A stretch of DNA of 64,000 nt from Candidatus Saccharimonadota bacterium (GCA_003133385.1 PKXF01000001.1:41052-105051), one strand, 5' to 3'. Shown: positions 43,022 through 52,677, counted from the stretch's first letter. Program-made: numbers and translations. The notes: generated from the letters alone by a model not told the origin.

Positions 43022-43945
43022 ATGAAGACACGCAATAAATTTTTCGCCCCGTTATTAACCCTGCTAATTCTTGTGCTGATAGCGCTAGGCGTCACGCATA
43101 TACATAAAAGTTCGAGCTCAGTCAGTGGCCGTCTGCAGGTGGTGGCGGGAGAGAACTTTTGGGGAAGCTTGGTCTCGCAAATCGGCGGTTCAAAGGTTCA
43201 TGTTCTCAGTGTAGTTTCCGACCCTAACGCTGATCCGCACGAGTACTCATCAAATACAACCGATGCCCGGGCCATCGCTACCGCCAATTACGTTATTCTT
43301 AATGGCGCTGGTTACGATAGTTGGGGCAATAAGCTACTGAGCGCCAGTCCGAATAGCAGCCGCAAGGTCCTTACCGTAGCAACTTTGCTTGGTAAAAAAG
43401 ACGGCGATAATCCTCATTTTTGGTACAGCCCTGGCTATGTCAATAAAGTTGCGGCCCAAATGGAACAGAACCTTATTAGTCTTGATCCGGGCGATAAAGG
43501 TTACTTTGAGCAGCAATATGCCAGCTTGCAGTCTTCCCTGTCAGGTTATCAGGATCGGATTGCCAGTATTAAACACCAGTTTGGCGGGACGAGAGTGGCG
43601 GCAACCGAGGATATTTTTGCCTACTTAGCTAGTGCTGCCGGTTTGAATCTTGTCTCGCCGCCAGCCTTCATCCAAGCGGTCGCTGAAGGTAATGATCCGC
43701 CGACGAGCAGTGTCGTGCAGTTCCAAGAGCAGCTTACAAGCGGCCAGGTAAAAGTGTTGGTCTATAACGAACAGACAGTTACGCCGCTCACCAGCAATAT
43801 GAAGCAGCTGGCCGCCCAGCATAATATACCAATTGTAGGTGTAACTGAAACAATACAACCGCCCGACACGTCGTTCCAGGTTTGGATGAATTCCGAGCTG
43901 ATAAACTTAGAGAATGCCCTTAATGCCCAAGCCCTTGGACGATAG
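43022..43945 (+). CDS. Metal (Zn/Mn-type, cluster A-I) ABC transporter substrate-binding protein
   Basis: Start trimmed to the ATG at 43022 (MKTRNKFF plus signal/anchor LLTLLILVLIALG). It has VVSDPNADPHEY, NGAGYDSW and DNPHFWYSP metal-ligand segments typical of ZnuA/TroA-like proteins, with no His-rich loop. Confidence 0.8.
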   Translation: MKTRNKFFAPLLTLLILVLIALGVTHIHKSSSSVSGRLQVVAGENFWGSLVSQIGGSKVHVLSVVSDPNADPHEYSSNTTDARAIATANYVILNGAGYDSWGNKLLSASPNSSRKVLTVATLLGKKDGDNPHFWYSPGYVNKVAAQMEQNLISLDPGDKGYFEQQYASLQSSLSGYQDRIASIKHQFGGTRVAATEDIFAYLASAAGLNLVSPPAFIQAVAEGNDPPTSSVVQFQEQLTSGQVKVLVYNEQTVTPLTSNMKQLAAQHNIPIVGVTETIQPPDTSFQVWMNSELINLENALNAQALGR

Positions 43946-44738
43946 TATTACCGACGTTGTGGCTGCTAAGAAATTGGCTGCTGGTTTTGGGGACAAAACT
44001 GTTTGGGGCAGCGCTGATTTTTCGATTGCCCGCGGTGAGTTTATTGGCTTGCTTGGCTCCAACGGTGCCGGTAAAACGACGCTTTTCCGCTTGATACTGG
44101 GCTTGGCCCGGCCGAGTCATGGCACACTTAAGGTTTTCGGGAGTGATGCTGAGCGTGGCAATTCGCGTATAGGTTACGTACCTCAACGGCGAATAGTTGA
44201 CGGCGAATCGAAAATTCAGTCGGTTGAGTATGTCCGCCTGGCTATAGCTGGTAACCGTTGGGGGTTCAGTTTAGCCTCGCAAGTTCGGAGAGAACGCCAG
44301 GCTGCCCTTGATGTTTTGGCAACCGTTGACGCTACTAGTCTCGCCTACCGACCACTCCGAGAATTGTCTGGCGGCGAATTGCAGCGGGTGTTTCTGGCCC
44401 AAGCACTGGTCGGTAAGCCTGAGCTGTTATTACTTGATGAGCCTCTGGCCAACCTTGACATCCGTAGGGGAACGCAGCTTATTCGCTTAATCCATACGGT
44501 TGCCAAGAGCCAGAACATCGCAGTACTGCTGATTGCCCACGATATCAATCCGCTGCTGCCAGTTGTTGACCGGATTATTTACATAGCTAACGGCAAGGTA
44601 GCCAGCGGCAAGCCTGAGCAAATTGTCACCAGTCAGCAGCTGTCAGAGCTTTACGGCGCCCCGATTGAAGTACTACATGACTCCAAGGGGCGGATAGCGG
44701 TACTAGGTGTGGAGGAGGCTGTACATCATGATGCTTAA
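43914..44738 (+). CDS. Metal ABC transporter ATP-binding protein (ZnuC-like)
   Basis: Walker A GSNGAGKTT, signature LSGGELQRV, Walker B LLLLDEP. The start is uncertain (43914, 43923 or GTG 43959). Confidence 0.85.
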   Translation: MPLMPKPLDDSITDVVAAKKLAAGFGDKTVWGSADFSIARGEFIGLLGSNGAGKTTLFRLILGLARPSHGTLKVFGSDAERGNSRIGYVPQRRIVDGESKIQSVEYVRLAIAGNRWGFSLASQVRRERQAALDVLATVDATSLAYRPLRELSGGELQRVFLAQALVGKPELLLLDEPLANLDIRRGTQLIRLIHTVAKSQNIAVLLIAHDINPLLPVVDRIIYIANGKVASGKPEQIVTSQQLSELYGAPIEVLHDSKGRIAVLGVEEAVHHDA

Positions 44739-45591
44739 ATATGCCGCCACCTTAAGCGATACCGGCTTTCATTGGAACCTGTGGGCCGACTTTCAGAACA
44801 TGTGGCAGTACGCCTTTATGCAGCATGCTTTTGAGGCTGGGACTATCGTGGCGATTGTGGCAGGTGTAGTTGGATATTTTGTGGTGATGCGGCGTTTGTC
44901 TTTTGCGGCGCATGCTCTTTCGCATGTAGGTTTTGCCGGAGCTGCCGGTGCCGTATTAATTGGCGTCAACCCCGTATTCGGGCTACTGGTCTTTACTTCC
45001 GGCGGTGGTTTGGCGATGGCCGCACTTGGCCGCCGGGCCAATACCCAAGACGTACAAATTGGTACGGTACTGGCTTTTATGCTCGGCCTGGGCGTCCTGT
45101 TTATAAATTTATATAAAGGTTATGCGACCGAAGCTTATTCGCTGCTGTTCGGTGAAATACTAGGCATTAGCATCGGGGATGTTTTCATTACCCTAGTTGC
45201 TGGTGTACTGATTATAGCTACTGTAGCCCTGCTCTACCGTCGTTTGGTATTTACATCACTCGATGAGGACGTAGCCGAAGCCAAAGGCATTTCGGTGCTG
45301 GGCGTGGGCATATGCTTCATGCTACTGATCGCCGTAGCTACTTCCATAGCCGTACAGGTCGTTGGCGTGCTGCTTATATTCGCCCTTATGGTAACTCCGG
45401 CAGCAATCGCCGGGCGTCTGGCAAGCCGTCCGGCCCAGGGTATCGCTATCTCGGTCGGCATTGCCCTAGCAGCCACGTGGTTCGGGCTTTTTACTTCTTA
45501 CTACCTGCCTTACCCTGTCAGTTTCTTTATAACCACTTCGGTGTTTATTTTGTACCTGGCTGTACGTTTACTCCAGGCCCGTAGCGCCTAA
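44728..45591 (+). CDS. Metal ABC transporter permease (ZnuB-like)
   Basis: The ATG at 44728 is preceded by GGAGGAGG. The protein is polytopic with the ABC-3 family pattern (FMQHAF...AGVVGYFVVMRR). Confidence 0.8.
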   Translation: MMLKYAATLSDTGFHWNLWADFQNMWQYAFMQHAFEAGTIVAIVAGVVGYFVVMRRLSFAAHALSHVGFAGAAGAVLIGVNPVFGLLVFTSGGGLAMAALGRRANTQDVQIGTVLAFMLGLGVLFINLYKGYATEAYSLLFGEILGISIGDVFITLVAGVLIIATVALLYRRLVFTSLDEDVAEAKGISVLGVGICFMLLIAVATSIAVQVVGVLLIFALMVTPAAIAGRLASRPAQGIAISVGIALAATWFGLFTSYYLPYPVSFFITTSVFILYLAVRLLQARSA

Positions 45592-45682
45592 GCCAGGGCG
45601 GCCCTAACTTCTAGCCTTATCAACCCAGCTGATTATTAAGTTGCTATACTAGTAACAATAAGACTTAGAGGTTGGAGACCAA

Positions 45683-47530
45683 ATGAGACGGTTAGTACGT
45701 TTTACTATTGACTATAGACTGTTCAGTTTTGCCTTGGTTTCATCCCTTGCTGGCCTGGCACTGGAGTTGACTGGCTACCACTTGGCGGCTCACTGGCTTG
45801 TTGGTACGGTCGCTATAGCCGAAGTCTTCCCGCTGCTGTGGGATATGTGGCAGGATGTACGTTCTGGCAGGTATGGCATTGATATTTTGGCGGCTACGGC
45901 TGTTGTAGCTTCGGTTGTGCTCCACCAATACTGGGCCGGCATGGTAGTCGTGCTAATGCTGACTGGTGGTACCTCGCTGGAAGATTTTGCCGAGCACCGG
46001 GCTAGGAGTGAACTTGACGCGCTACTGCAACACGCTCCGCAAACTGCCCGGATTATTCGCAAGGGCAAAACCGTACAGGTCAAGGTCAGCGAAATACGCA
46101 TAAACGACAAAATCGTTATTAAGGCGGGCGAGTTGGTGCCGGTCGATGCGACAATTATTGAAGGCCAAGCTAGCTTTGACGAATCGTCTTTGACCGGTGA
46201 AAGCCTGCCTCAGCTGAAGGAACTTAAGTCCAGCCTGCTGAGTGGCTCAATTGACATTGACGGTGAAGTTACGGCGCGAGCGACGGCTACGGCCGAAGAC
46301 AGCCAGTACCAGCAGATAATCAAGCTGGTGCGGGGTGCGGCAGCAACCAAAGCGCCTTTTGTGCGCCTGGCAGACCGTTACAGCCTTCCCTTTACGTTCT
46401 TGGCTTATGCACTGGCTAGCTCGGTGTGGGTAATAAGCGGCCAACCTATCCGTTTCTTGGAAGTTATTATTGTAGCTACACCCTGCCCGCTGCTGCTGGC
46501 GGCACCGATTGCCCTTATTAGCGGCATGGCCCGGGCTAGCCGCTACGGCATTATTGTCAAGACCGGGCTGGCGCTGGAGCGCATGGCTGAATCGAAAACG
46601 GTGGCTTTTGATAAGACCGGTACCCTGACCCGCGGCGAGCCGTCAGTCCATGCCATAAAAACGTTTGGCAGTTTCACGGGTGACGAAGTTTTAAGCCTGG
46701 CTGCCAGCCTGGAGCAAAGTTCCTCACATGTTTTAGCCCAGGCGATTGTGAGCGACGCCAAACTTAAAAACTTGAAGCTGGTTAAGGCGAAGAAAGTCCA
46801 GGAGATTTCCGGCTTAGGGCTGCAAGCAACTATTAAAGGCAAGCAACTGCTGGTTGGCCGCCTGAAACTTTTGACTAGCAATAACGTCAAACTGCCCGCC
46901 AATTTGAAGCAAGACGCTAAGGCTCAAACAGCCGCCTACGTAGCTGTCGATGGCCGGCTGGCCGGTATCATTACGCTTATAGATGAGGTACGGCCGGAAG
47001 CAGCCGCGACGCTTGAGAGACTGCGGGGTATTGGCATAAGTGAAATTATTATGGTTACTGGGGATAATAAAGCCGCGGCGCAGGTTGTAGCCAAACAGCT
47101 TGGCATTGACCATGTGCACTCTGAAACGTTGCCGGCCGATAAATTACACGTTGTCACGGAGACGAAAGACCGCCCCCTGATTTTTGTGGGCGATGGCGTT
47201 AACGACGCGCCGGTGCTGACGGCGTCTGATGTGGGTATTGCCCTCGGTGCCCGCGGTTCAGCTGCAGCTAGCGAGTCGGCCGATGTCGTCATCATGCTTG
47301 ATGATATCAGCCGGGTGGCAACGGGACTGGAGATTGCCAAAAAGACTTTCGCCATTGCCCGTCAGAGCATACTGGCCGGAATACTACTCAGCCTGTTACT
47401 GATGGTAGTCTTTTCGACTGGTAAGTTTCCGCCGCTGGCTGGAGCTGTACTCCAAGAAGTGGTTGACATCGTGGTTATTTTTAACGCGCTTAGAGCCCAC
47501 ATTATTAAGCCGCTAGCTGTGAACGAGTAG
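45683..47530 (+). CDS. P1B-type heavy-metal-translocating ATPase, no N-terminal metal-binding domain
   Basis: 615 aa with SLTGES, DKTGTLT, VTGDN and GDGVNDAP. The transmembrane metal motif is ATPCPLL (TPCP at 46478-46489). The protein starts directly with TM helices. Confidence 0.85.
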   Translation: MRRLVRFTIDYRLFSFALVSSLAGLALELTGYHLAAHWLVGTVAIAEVFPLLWDMWQDVRSGRYGIDILAATAVVASVVLHQYWAGMVVVLMLTGGTSLEDFAEHRARSELDALLQHAPQTARIIRKGKTVQVKVSEIRINDKIVIKAGELVPVDATIIEGQASFDESSLTGESLPQLKELKSSLLSGSIDIDGEVTARATATAEDSQYQQIIKLVRGAAATKAPFVRLADRYSLPFTFLAYALASSVWVISGQPIRFLEVIIVATPCPLLLAAPIALISGMARASRYGIIVKTGLALERMAESKTVAFDKTGTLTRGEPSVHAIKTFGSFTGDEVLSLAASLEQSSSHVLAQAIVSDAKLKNLKLVKAKKVQEISGLGLQATIKGKQLLVGRLKLLTSNNVKLPANLKQDAKAQTAAYVAVDGRLAGIITLIDEVRPEAAATLERLRGIGISEIIMVTGDNKAAAQVVAKQLGIDHVHSETLPADKLHVVTETKDRPLIFVGDGVNDAPVLTASDVGIALGARGSAAASESADVVIMLDDISRVATGLEIAKKTFAIARQSILAGILLSLLLMVVFSTGKFPPLAGAVLQEVVDIVVIFNALRAHIIKPLAVNE

Positions 47531-48139
47531 CAGCGCGACCACCATTGGTACCAATAGGTTGTCAAGTCCATGTATAGCCAAGTTCTCTATCATACTGGCC
47601 GTCGCAGCAATAATTCCAATAACTATAGGGCTTAAATGGGCATGGCTGTAGTGTGAGAAGCCGATGAGTATGAGCATAGAGATAAAGAAGAAAGTCAGAG
47701 TGCCTAGAATGCTCTTGGTATGGCCAAACACTAGGTATTTCTGGCGGTTGCCATAATGGGTGCCGATTACCGCGGCCATGCCATCAGCCAAGCTCATCTG
47801 CAGCAACGCGGCTGCATATATTGCTTTGTCGTGCGTAATAAGGGTGGTAACACCCACGGCAATGGCGAATAAAACTTCACCCCACGTTGGCCGCTGCACA
47901 CTGTGGATTGCCTGGTAAACATTCAGATATTTAGACGCTGCTATGCCTACTAAGAAAGCAACACTTAAGAACTGGATCTCATGCCAGCTTAAGAAATATG
48001 GCCAGAAAGCCACAAAGCTGCCGACAGTTACATGAATGAATTTACGACTGAATTCGCTATGCATTGGATGCTTGCGCCACCACAGTTCGTTGAAGCCGAG
48101 CAATACGAAAACTAGAACGATGGTGAGCGCGAGTGCCAT
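47513..48139 (-). CDS. CTP-dependent polyprenol/phytol-kinase-like membrane protein (CdsA/dolichol-kinase superfamily)
   Basis: 208 aa and polytopic. SRKFIHVTVG and SLADGMAAVIGTHYG resemble the superfamily motifs. Its 3' end overlaps the ATPase 3' end by 18 nt. Confidence 0.45.
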   Translation of the reverse strand: MALALTIVLVFVLLGFNELWWRKHPMHSEFSRKFIHVTVGSFVAFWPYFLSWHEIQFLSVAFLVGIAASKYLNVYQAIHSVQRPTWGEVLFAIAVGVTTLITHDKAIYAAALLQMSLADGMAAVIGTHYGNRQKYLVFGHTKSILGTLTFFFISMLILIGFSHYSHAHLSPIVIGIIAATASMIENLAIHGLDNLLVPMVVALLLVHS

Positions 48140-48207
48140 TTGAACATTGTACGCTAGATCTTAGCCGCTGGTATTGATTGATGTGGATTATACTAACGTT
48201 TTAGGTC

Positions 48208-48537
48208 TTAGCTAGGCTGGTTGCCGATGTCAGAGGCGCGTTCACTGATTTCTGTTCCCCAGTTGCTATCATCCGGGCGGAGTAATATTTTATCAAGGAT
48301 CCGGCTTGCTGACAGGGCGTAAGGAGTTAGTCCATTTGCGAGCTGGTTATGGTCTGGCTTAGCCTCACTTTCGCGCCTTCTCCTGTCTCGGGCGACATTC
48401 TGGGCGGCATCGTTGAGGACTTCTTCAAGGCCTTCCAGTGAAACTTTAGGCACGCCCCCGTTTTCTTCAGCGTTTGCCGGCGTCTCTTCTGCTGGGTGGC
48501 TTGAGCCAGGTCGAGGTATCATATTAATAATGAACAT
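48208..48537 (-). CDS. Hypothetical acidic protein
   Basis: 109-aa ORF immediately downstream of tRNA-Pro(CGG) on the same strand. No motif. Confidence 0.4.
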   Translation of the reverse strand: MFIINMIPRPGSSHPAEETPANAEENGGVPKVSLEGLEEVLNDAAQNVARDRRRRESEAKPDHNQLANGLTPYALSASRILDKILLRPDDSNWGTEISERASDIGNQPS

Positions 48538-48580
48538 AGCATATTATCGTAATTAAAGCTAGTTTATACTATAGAGAACA

Positions 48581-48657
48581 TGGTCGGGGTGGCGGGATTT
48601 GAACCCACGACCTCCGCGTCCCGAACGCGGCGCGCTACCAAGCTGCGCTACACCCCG
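48581..48657 (-). tRNA. tRNA-Pro (anticodon CGG)
   Basis: The reverse complement folds with acceptor CGGGGTG/CACCCCG, anticodon stem CCGCG/CGCGG with loop TTCGGGA, T arm GTGGG-TTCAAAT-CCCGC, A73, CCA. Confidence 0.9.
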
Positions 48658-48750
48658 TCAATTGTTGTGCCATCTGCGTTTTAAGAAGTCAGATGGCGTA
48701 TGTATTGAACGTACCAAGTATAGCTTAGAGCTTTTGATTGAGTAAACTGA

Positions 48751-49290
48751 TTAAGCAGCTGCTGGTATAACCATTTCAGAGACAAATTCGCCAACCTCAT
48801 CGTAAGAAACAAGAGGTAGTTGGGCTGGGTAACCGAGTGCACCGTCAGGATTCTCAGAAATTCCAACGAGTAAAGCGTCAGCACCGAGTCTTTGAGCTGC
48901 TATGGCTTTAACAGCCGCTCTATCAATACCGCCTCCTGATTCCTCGCCTTGCAACTTAGCTTCTCTAAGGGTTTCGGCGATGACTGGCGAGCAATACTTT
49001 GATAACAATACACCCATAAGCCTGTTACCCTGGCCCACACCACCCGGCTCCGAGTTATCTATCTCTCCGTCAAACAACCAAACATTGGCTGAAAGCTGAC
49101 CCGGTACTTGGCCAAATACACTATCTCGGGCTTGCTGGTAATTTACTGCTGTTTTAACGTGACAGCCAATGCCAAATTTTCTCAATGAAGCTGCTGCTTC
49201 CGTCCGTGTCTGCGTGTTACCACTAGCCAGAAAAACACGGACTGTTTCTGGTGTAAGTTGCGGCACTTCTATTGCTTCAGGGTCACTCAT
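48751..49290 (-). CDS. Hypothetical protein
   Basis: 179-aa ORF between two tRNA-Pro genes on the same strand, with globular-looking composition and no motif recognised. Confidence 0.5.
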   Translation of the reverse strand: MSDPEAIEVPQLTPETVRVFLASGNTQTRTEAAASLRKFGIGCHVKTAVNYQQARDSVFGQVPGQLSANVWLFDGEIDNSEPGGVGQGNRLMGVLLSKYCSPVIAETLREAKLQGEESGGGIDRAAVKAIAAQRLGADALLVGISENPDGALGYPAQLPLVSYDEVGEFVSEMVIPAAA

Positions 49291-49367
49291 ATAAATTATT
49301 GCTAATCCTAGTTATTAAAAATAAATTAGTTGTCAATTATATCATTTTTAACAATACTTGCAATACC

Positions 49368-49444
49368 TGGTCGGGACGGCGGGATTTGAACCCACGACCT
49401 CCGCGTCCCGAACGCAGCGCGCTACCAAGCTGCGCTACACCCGA
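49368..49444 (-). tRNA. tRNA-Pro (anticodon CGG), second copy with weakened acceptor stem (possibly a pseudogene)
   Basis: It differs from 48581-48657 at 5 of 77 positions. The acceptor becomes TCGGGTG/CGTCCCG (U1-G72, C2xC71 mismatch, G5-U68, U6-G67), and the anticodon stem gains one G-U pair. Confidence 0.6.
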
Positions 49445-49546
49445 TTTACGGAAATTATGATGAACACCGTGTATCTTGAGCCTATCAAGTATATCTTAGA
49501 TGTTTATACTCAGGTAAACAATATTTCCTGAAGCAGCACTACATTC

Positions 49547-49957
49547 TTAAATTAAATACCGGCCTTTGCCTTTATAGCGTGTCCGCGGATCTTGATTGAG
49601 GGCACGCTTAAAATGTGCGAACTCCTGAGGTGATAGAAGCTCATCTCCAAACGCGACATGCAGTAGCCTCCCAAACGATATCATCCGCCCGGAAGAATCA
49701 ACCAATAATGAGTCGATAGCCTTGCCTGCCGCTTCACGTAGATGAGGCGGTATGTCAGGCTGAGTTGGTGTTGTCTCTGGCAGGGTTCGTGTAATATTAC
49801 TGCTCTGATTTGCTCCGTCATCTATCGGAGACAATTCAGCAGCTGGCTGATCCGATGTAGCACTTTCGGCCAGATCGGTTTCCTGTTCGGGGTGAGTTAC
49901 TTCTTGGGGAGGTGGAGCAATAAAATCGTGTGCTCCGGGTCCCTCGGGATTAGTCAT
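49547..49957 (-). CDS. Hypothetical protein with acidic/proline-rich N-terminal half
   Basis: 136-aa ORF between tRNA-Pro(CGG') and tRNA-Pro(TGG) on the same strand. Confidence 0.45.
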   Translation of the reverse strand: MTNPEGPGAHDFIAPPPQEVTHPEQETDLAESATSDQPAAELSPIDDGANQSSNITRTLPETTPTQPDIPPHLREAAGKAIDSLLVDSSGRMISFGRLLHVAFGDELLSPQEFAHFKRALNQDPRTRYKGKGRYLI

Positions 49958-50025
49958 ACTAATAGTATTATTGCAGAAATAGGCCTATAGGGCAAATACA
50001 TTTTATAGATAAACTAGACTACTTA

Positions 50026-50102
50026 TGGTCGGGGTGAGAGGACTTGAACCTCCGACCTCCGCGTCCCAAACGCGGCGCGCTAGCCAACTGCGCCACACCC
50101 CG
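50026..50102 (-). tRNA. tRNA-Pro (anticodon TGG)
   Basis: Acceptor CGGGGTG/CACCCCG, anticodon stem CCGCG/CGCGG with loop TTTGGGA, T arm GGAGG-TTCAAGT-CCTCT, A73, CCA. Confidence 0.9.
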
Positions 50103-50147
50103 TTACCATCAGGGGCTGATTATAGCGAAAAAAACAGGTAATTACCA

Positions 50148-50942
50148 CTAGAGTACAGAACGTATGGCTTGTATGGTTGTGGCCAGGCCATGCTCATTGG
50201 CCCCGATTAGTACAGCATTGAATTGTCGTTGTCCGTCCATTTCCAGGATGTTACGGGTTTTCCGGCCGTCACGCCAACGAGGAATAACACTATCGAAGCT
50301 CACCCCAAGCGAAGCGTCAAGCGCGCCGCACATGCCTACGTCAGTGATATGGGCCGTTCCGCCGGGTAATATCCGGCCGTCAGCCGTTGGCACGTGCCAG
50401 TGGTCACCAATAACGCCCGTTACCCGGCCGTCAAGGTAGTGCCCGATAACGACTTTTTCACTGCTATAGTCACCATGAAAATTAACAATGGTGGCAGTCC
50501 GGGATTCAGCTGTGTTCTCTTCCAGGATTTCATCTATACGCTGCAGCGGATTATCCAGTGGCTTGTCGGCATCTTTACCGACAATCTTGCCTAGGAGGCT
50601 TACGACCAGTACTCGGCCGGCCGGCGTTTGGATATATTTGTAGCCCAGGCCCGGAGTACCGCTAGGATAGTTGGCTGGCCGGATAATAGGTTGGTTTGGG
50701 TCATTCATCATCGGTATGATTGACGGGTCATGCAGGCTCCAATTGCCGCCGGTACAAAAATCTATACCGGCTTTTTTCAGCCTGGTGTAGTCGTTTGGCG
50801 TAATGCCGCGGCCGTCCGTAACGTTTTCAGCTTGAGCAATTACCAAATCGATGTGGTGTTTAACCCGTAACTTGGGCACGACATTCTGCACAACCTCAAT
50901 ACCCGGCTCGCCCATGATGTCACCGACGTATAAAATCTTCAT
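50148..50942 (-). CDS. ymdB: YmdB-family metallophosphoesterase (2',3'-cyclic-nucleotide phosphodiesterase-like)
   Basis: 264 aa with MKILYVGDIMG, AENVTDGRGI, NFHGD and GDHWHVPT. It lies immediately downstream of rny, the conserved rny-ymdB pairing. Confidence 0.85.
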   Translation of the reverse strand: MKILYVGDIMGEPGIEVVQNVVPKLRVKHHIDLVIAQAENVTDGRGITPNDYTRLKKAGIDFCTGGNWSLHDPSIIPMMNDPNQPIIRPANYPSGTPGLGYKYIQTPAGRVLVVSLLGKIVGKDADKPLDNPLQRIDEILEENTAESRTATIVNFHGDYSSEKVVIGHYLDGRVTGVIGDHWHVPTADGRILPGGTAHITDVGMCGALDASLGVSFDSVIPRWRDGRKTRNILEMDGQRQFNAVLIGANEHGLATTIQAIRSVL

Positions 50943-50957
50943 GGATGGAACTCTTGC

Positions 50958-52466
50958 CTACTTAGCGAATTCAATAGCCCTGGTTTCACGGATAACATTA
51001 ATCTTAATGGTACCCGGATACTGCATGGTCGATTCAATCTTGGTAGCGATGTCCCGTGCCAACTTAATGGCGCTCAGGTCATCAATTTGCTGGGGACGGA
51101 CAAAGACACGGACTTCACGGCCGGCGCTGATGGCGTAGGATTTCTCAATGCCAGTAAAGCCGTTGGCGACGTTTTCTAACTCACGCATGCGTTCACCGAA
51201 GTTCTCGGCGCTGACGTTGCGGGCGCCAGGCCTTGAGGCACTGATGGCGTCCACAGTACGGACAATTAGGGCTTCGACGCTTGTAGCGTCGACATCGTCG
51301 TGATGCTGTTCGGCAGCCAGGGCGACTTCCTCGGGTGCACCGTACTTGCGCAATATCTCACCGCTAATGTGGTGGTGCTTGCCTTCCATTTTGTGGGTCA
51401 GGGCCTTACCTAGGTCATGGACCAGTGCGGCATATTTCGTGATCTTAACATCGGCTCCAACTTCTTCGGCAATTATGCCGGCAATATGTGCCATTTCCGT
51501 GGAATGCTTGAGTACGTTCTGGCCATAGCTGGTCCGGTACTTTAACTCACCGAGCAGTTGGAGAATTTCTTTAGGTATACCAATGACACCAACCTCACGG
51601 GCGGCGTCCTCGCCGGCCCGGATAACGTCTTTTTCGACGATTTTCTGGGCTTTTTCAACGACTTCTTCAATACGGCCGGGGTGGATACGGCCATCTTTCA
51701 TGAGCATTTCCATAGTTTGGCGGGCAACTTCACGGCGAACAGGATCAAAGCTGCTTAAAACGGCATATCCGGGCGTGTCATCCACCATGATGTCAACGCC
51801 GGTGGCCCGTTGCAAAGCTTGAATGTTGCGGCCTTCTTTGCCGATTATCCGACCCTTCATTTCATCGTTGTCCAGTTTGACGCTGGTAATGGTCCGCTCG
51901 GCTGTGACCTCGCTGGCCATGCGTTCCATGGCAGTCGTAATGATCAATGCGGCTTGTTCTTCGGCATTGTCCTTGGCGTCATTTTGTAGTTTATTAACCA
52001 GCCCTAGCAGATCATTCTTAATATCGCGCTCGGTCATTTGCATCAGTTTTTCAGCTGCTTGATCCTTACTCAGCTTGGCGATTTTCTCTAACTTATCCTG
52101 CTGCTTAGAACGGACGTCACGAATCTCGTTTTTTAACTGTTCTATTTCGTCTTCGTTCTTACGAAGCGCTTCGCTGCGCTTATCCAGATCGTCAAGCTTC
52201 TTGTCGAGGGCTTCCTCACGGCTTACCATGCGGGATTCAAGATCTTTCAGTTCACGGCGGCGGGTCTGCTCTTCTTTGCGGGTTTCTTCGACTGCCTTTG
52301 AGGCATCTTCCCGAGCCTGGGTTATAAGCTTACTGGCCTCCTTTTTGGCGCGTTCCAGTTCTTTTTGGGCTTTTTGTTCTGACGTACTTTGGCGCTGGCG
52401 TGAAATAACGGTGTTGGCACCAAAACCAGCAAACAGCCCAACTATTGCGAGCACTACTGCTAACAT
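50958..52466 (-). CDS. rny: Ribonuclease Y
   Basis: 502 aa with an N-terminal membrane anchor, a long charged coiled coil, a KH domain (GRIIGKEGRNIQAL) and an HD domain (HSTEMAHIAG...VHDLGKA). Confidence 0.95.
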   Translation of the reverse strand: MLAVVLAIVGLFAGFGANTVISRQRQSTSEQKAQKELERAKKEASKLITQAREDASKAVEETRKEEQTRRRELKDLESRMVSREEALDKKLDDLDKRSEALRKNEDEIEQLKNEIRDVRSKQQDKLEKIAKLSKDQAAEKLMQMTERDIKNDLLGLVNKLQNDAKDNAEEQAALIITTAMERMASEVTAERTITSVKLDNDEMKGRIIGKEGRNIQALQRATGVDIMVDDTPGYAVLSSFDPVRREVARQTMEMLMKDGRIHPGRIEEVVEKAQKIVEKDVIRAGEDAAREVGVIGIPKEILQLLGELKYRTSYGQNVLKHSTEMAHIAGIIAEEVGADVKITKYAALVHDLGKALTHKMEGKHHHISGEILRKYGAPEEVALAAEQHHDDVDATSVEALIVRTVDAISASRPGARNVSAENFGERMRELENVANGFTGIEKSYAISAGREVRVFVRPQQIDDLSAIKLARDIATKIESTMQYPGTIKINVIRETRAIEFAK

Positions 52467-52677
52467 AATTTATCCTTCCTATCTCTGCAGACGGCGCCCG
52501 CTACCATGGTGGTGCATCGCTTTCACTTCTCTAGCACGCAATATAGCAAGGGTACGCTGTCTGAACAAACGAATTAAGTATTAGAAATTTATCAAGTATG
52601 GATCTACAAGTCGTCTCTCGAGCGTTTGTAATTCCTATGTATAAATATACTCCGTGCAGCTTTAGGCGGTCAACCTT

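Noticed and set aside
49272-49460. A 62-aa plus-strand ORF, and similarly the 100-aa ORF at 37253-37555 (-).
   Set aside because: Each is read through a tRNA gene: tRNA-Pro copy 2, and tRNA-Gly plus the murA 3' end. They are artefacts of six-frame translation.
51823-52584. Plus-strand ORFs of 79 and 169 aa (51823-52062, 52075-52584), Ser/Arg/Leu-rich, as possible overlapping genes.
   Set aside because: Both ORFs are mostly antisense to the well-supported RNase Y gene; only the 3' end of the 169-aa ORF runs past it. Their low-complexity composition is what the reverse complement of the Lys/Glu-rich coiled-coil coding region produces. No start context supports them.
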